Positions 62,460 through 64,000 of a stretch of 64,000 bases of DNA are shown piece by piece (position 1 is the stretch's first letter; every line of letters starts with the position of its first letter). Source of the DNA: Lama guanicoe. Taxonomy: Eukaryota. Made by a program: the position numbers and the translations under genes. Below the pieces are notes generated by a model. That model was not told the origin of the DNA. It worked only from the letters and a program-made list of their open reading frames with translations, and did not search any database. Where the stretch lies: contig MU057202.1 in NCBI GenBank assembly GCA_013239625.1, forward strand, positions 3,485,101 through 3,549,100, read 5' to 3'.

Positions 62460-64000
62460 TTTTCTGCAAAAGTGTGAAGACAGGAGTGGCAGGACACGCT
62501 GGGGTTGAGCTGGAAAGATGAGCTGGGGAGGCTTCGTGGCCCGGGGAGCAGAGGTAGAGGCGGGGGCGGAGAAGCAGCAGGTGCTGTCTCCTGTGCTTGG
62601 GAAAGCAGTCAAGAATCAAACCAAAAGATTGTCACAGTTTTGTCTCCGAATCACGGTCTCTCTGGGAAGGACATGTTAGCACTTTTTTTCACGAGTGGAG
62701 AAAATGAAATGCGATGGGAATTCACGGGGGCGTGAGGACAGCCCGAGGTATCCTCCCCGCACACCAGCAGACACACGGCGGGGCGCGCCCCGGGCGCATA
62801 CGCAGATGCGCACATACGGGGCCCAGGGCCGCGCTGCCCACCCCGCCCGTCCCCGGCGGAGGCGCTGCGGTGGAGTTGAAAAGAAAGAAGTCGCTTCTTG
62901 TTGGGCAAAACGCTCCAAACCCCAATGTCCCGACACCCCTGAAACAGAATCCAAGCAAGAGAGAAGACCCACGACCTCCTGAACAAGCCCAGGTGTGGAG
63001 CCAAACAGTGAAGAACATACTTTGGCAGTGACAAAACAGTTTTGGATTCTTACTTCTTGTGTCTGCTTTTTGGATCTCCTTGGGAGCAGAGGTGTGTCTG
63101 GCGTCCTTGGCTGGCTAGCTGGCAAGGTAGTTTACAGGTGTGGTCCTTTATCTGTTTTAAAAAAACTTTTTGGATTTCTACTTAAAGCCAAAGAGTTTGA
63201 CATTAAAGGAAAAAAGTCCGAAACCAAAAAAATATTTCTTGAGTCAGAAATTGAGCTCTTTCTCACCATCCTCAGCATGTTGGCCACACAGCCCTGGGGT
63301 GGTTTCGGTGACTCAGCGGCTCAGGTCTCCAGCTATGAAAGAACAGCTTTCTTTTTCCCTTTTTCATCAGGAAGGGGAAATCCCCACAGTTTTCTTTGTC
63401 CATTACTGAGTAGTTCTTTTGCCACAAAACCCCCAAAATTCTTCAATGAAAATATAAGCCACCAAACAATGAGATTTTTTCATTTAAAGTATGTGAGAGT
63501 TACAAAGACATAAACCCCAGAGAGAGAGAGAGAGGTGGGTGCGGACGGAGCCGGTCACCCTCTGGCCGGCGAGCGTCCCGTGGGCTAAAGCTTGCCGGGA
63601 GGCTCTGAGTCTGAGGATGGGAGGAGAGGTCGCTGCGTGACTGACAGGTAGCCGAGGAAGCTGCCTTCAATGCAGCTGTGTTGGTTCTGTGTTTTCTTTT
63701 GGAGAGAAGCAGCAGCAGTGACTCCCACGGCCGGGCTCCCAGGGCTGGGCCAAGTCCAGTGGGCCCGGGGCAGGGCTGGGCGGGTCGGCGGGTGCGCCAC
63801 CCTTGGCCCGGGCACCGGGGTCTGGGCGGGTCAGCGGGGTGCAGCGTCCAGTGGGCCGGGCGGGTTGGGGGAACCTGGGCGGGAGGGCCCCGTGGAGCCG
63901 GCCTCGCCGGGGCTGGCGGCGGTGGCGGGCAGGCAGGGGCCCAGGCTGGCGGCATCTGGCTGTCCCGGCGCCGGGTCGGCCGCCACGGCCGCAGGGCCCT
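62000..64000 (-). other. CBFA2T3: Probable 3' UTR of CBFA2T3 (ETO2/MTG16); coding part lies beyond the right edge
   Basis: Minus-strand AATAAA at 62018..62023 (ATTAAA at 61995..62000), long AU-rich UTR-like blocks grading into GC-rich sequence. Position matches the PABPN1L-CBFA2T3 synteny. No CDS is visible, so the name is inferred from synteny. Confidence 0.7.
62402..62454. repeat. (CG)n/(GT)n compound microsatellite
   Basis: TGCGCGCGCGCGTGCGCGCGCACGTAC followed by (GT)13; strictly alternating purine/pyrimidine. Confidence 0.95.

Noticed and set aside
62995-63513. 172-aa hydrophobic plus-strand ORF
   Set aside because: Non-ATG start, antisense to AU-rich UTR sequence; the Phe/Lys richness comes from T and A runs.

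Overview
GC-rich mammalian genomic DNA, not prokaryotic. It carries the conserved gene block known from human 16q24.3. In order: PIEZO1 exon 1 with part of intron 1 (-), CDT1 (+, 10 coding exons, 549 aa), APRT (-, 5 exons, 180 aa), GALNS (-, 14 exons, 522 aa), TRAPPC2L (+, 5 exons, 139 aa, head-to-head with GALNS), PABPN1L (-, 7 exons, about 273 aa) and the probable 3' UTR of CBFA2T3 (-, assigned by synteny). I traced the exons by hand from splice signals and reading frame, and all five complete gene models close in frame. Repeats are old L1, MLT1/MER21 LTR, MER33 and MIR fragments; I recognised no young lineage-specific SINEs. I found no evidence of a wholly new biological system. The most interesting signals are finer in scale: a GC-AG donor in GALNS intron 8 with a frameshifting GT 4 nt away, a U12-type intron in TRAPPC2L, Phe in place of the CDT1 T29 Skp2 phosphodegron residue, an MLT1 LTR that appears to supply the CDT1 poly(A) signal, a perfect CLEAR palindrome in the GALNS/TRAPPC2L bidirectional promoter, a CPE/TATA dual-reading element in the PABPN1L 3' UTR, a hexamer repeat abutting the CDT1 ATG and a 53-bp Z-forming tract. 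Comparisons with human sequences are from memory and need confirming by alignment. Most ORFs in the supplied track are artefacts of high GC content.
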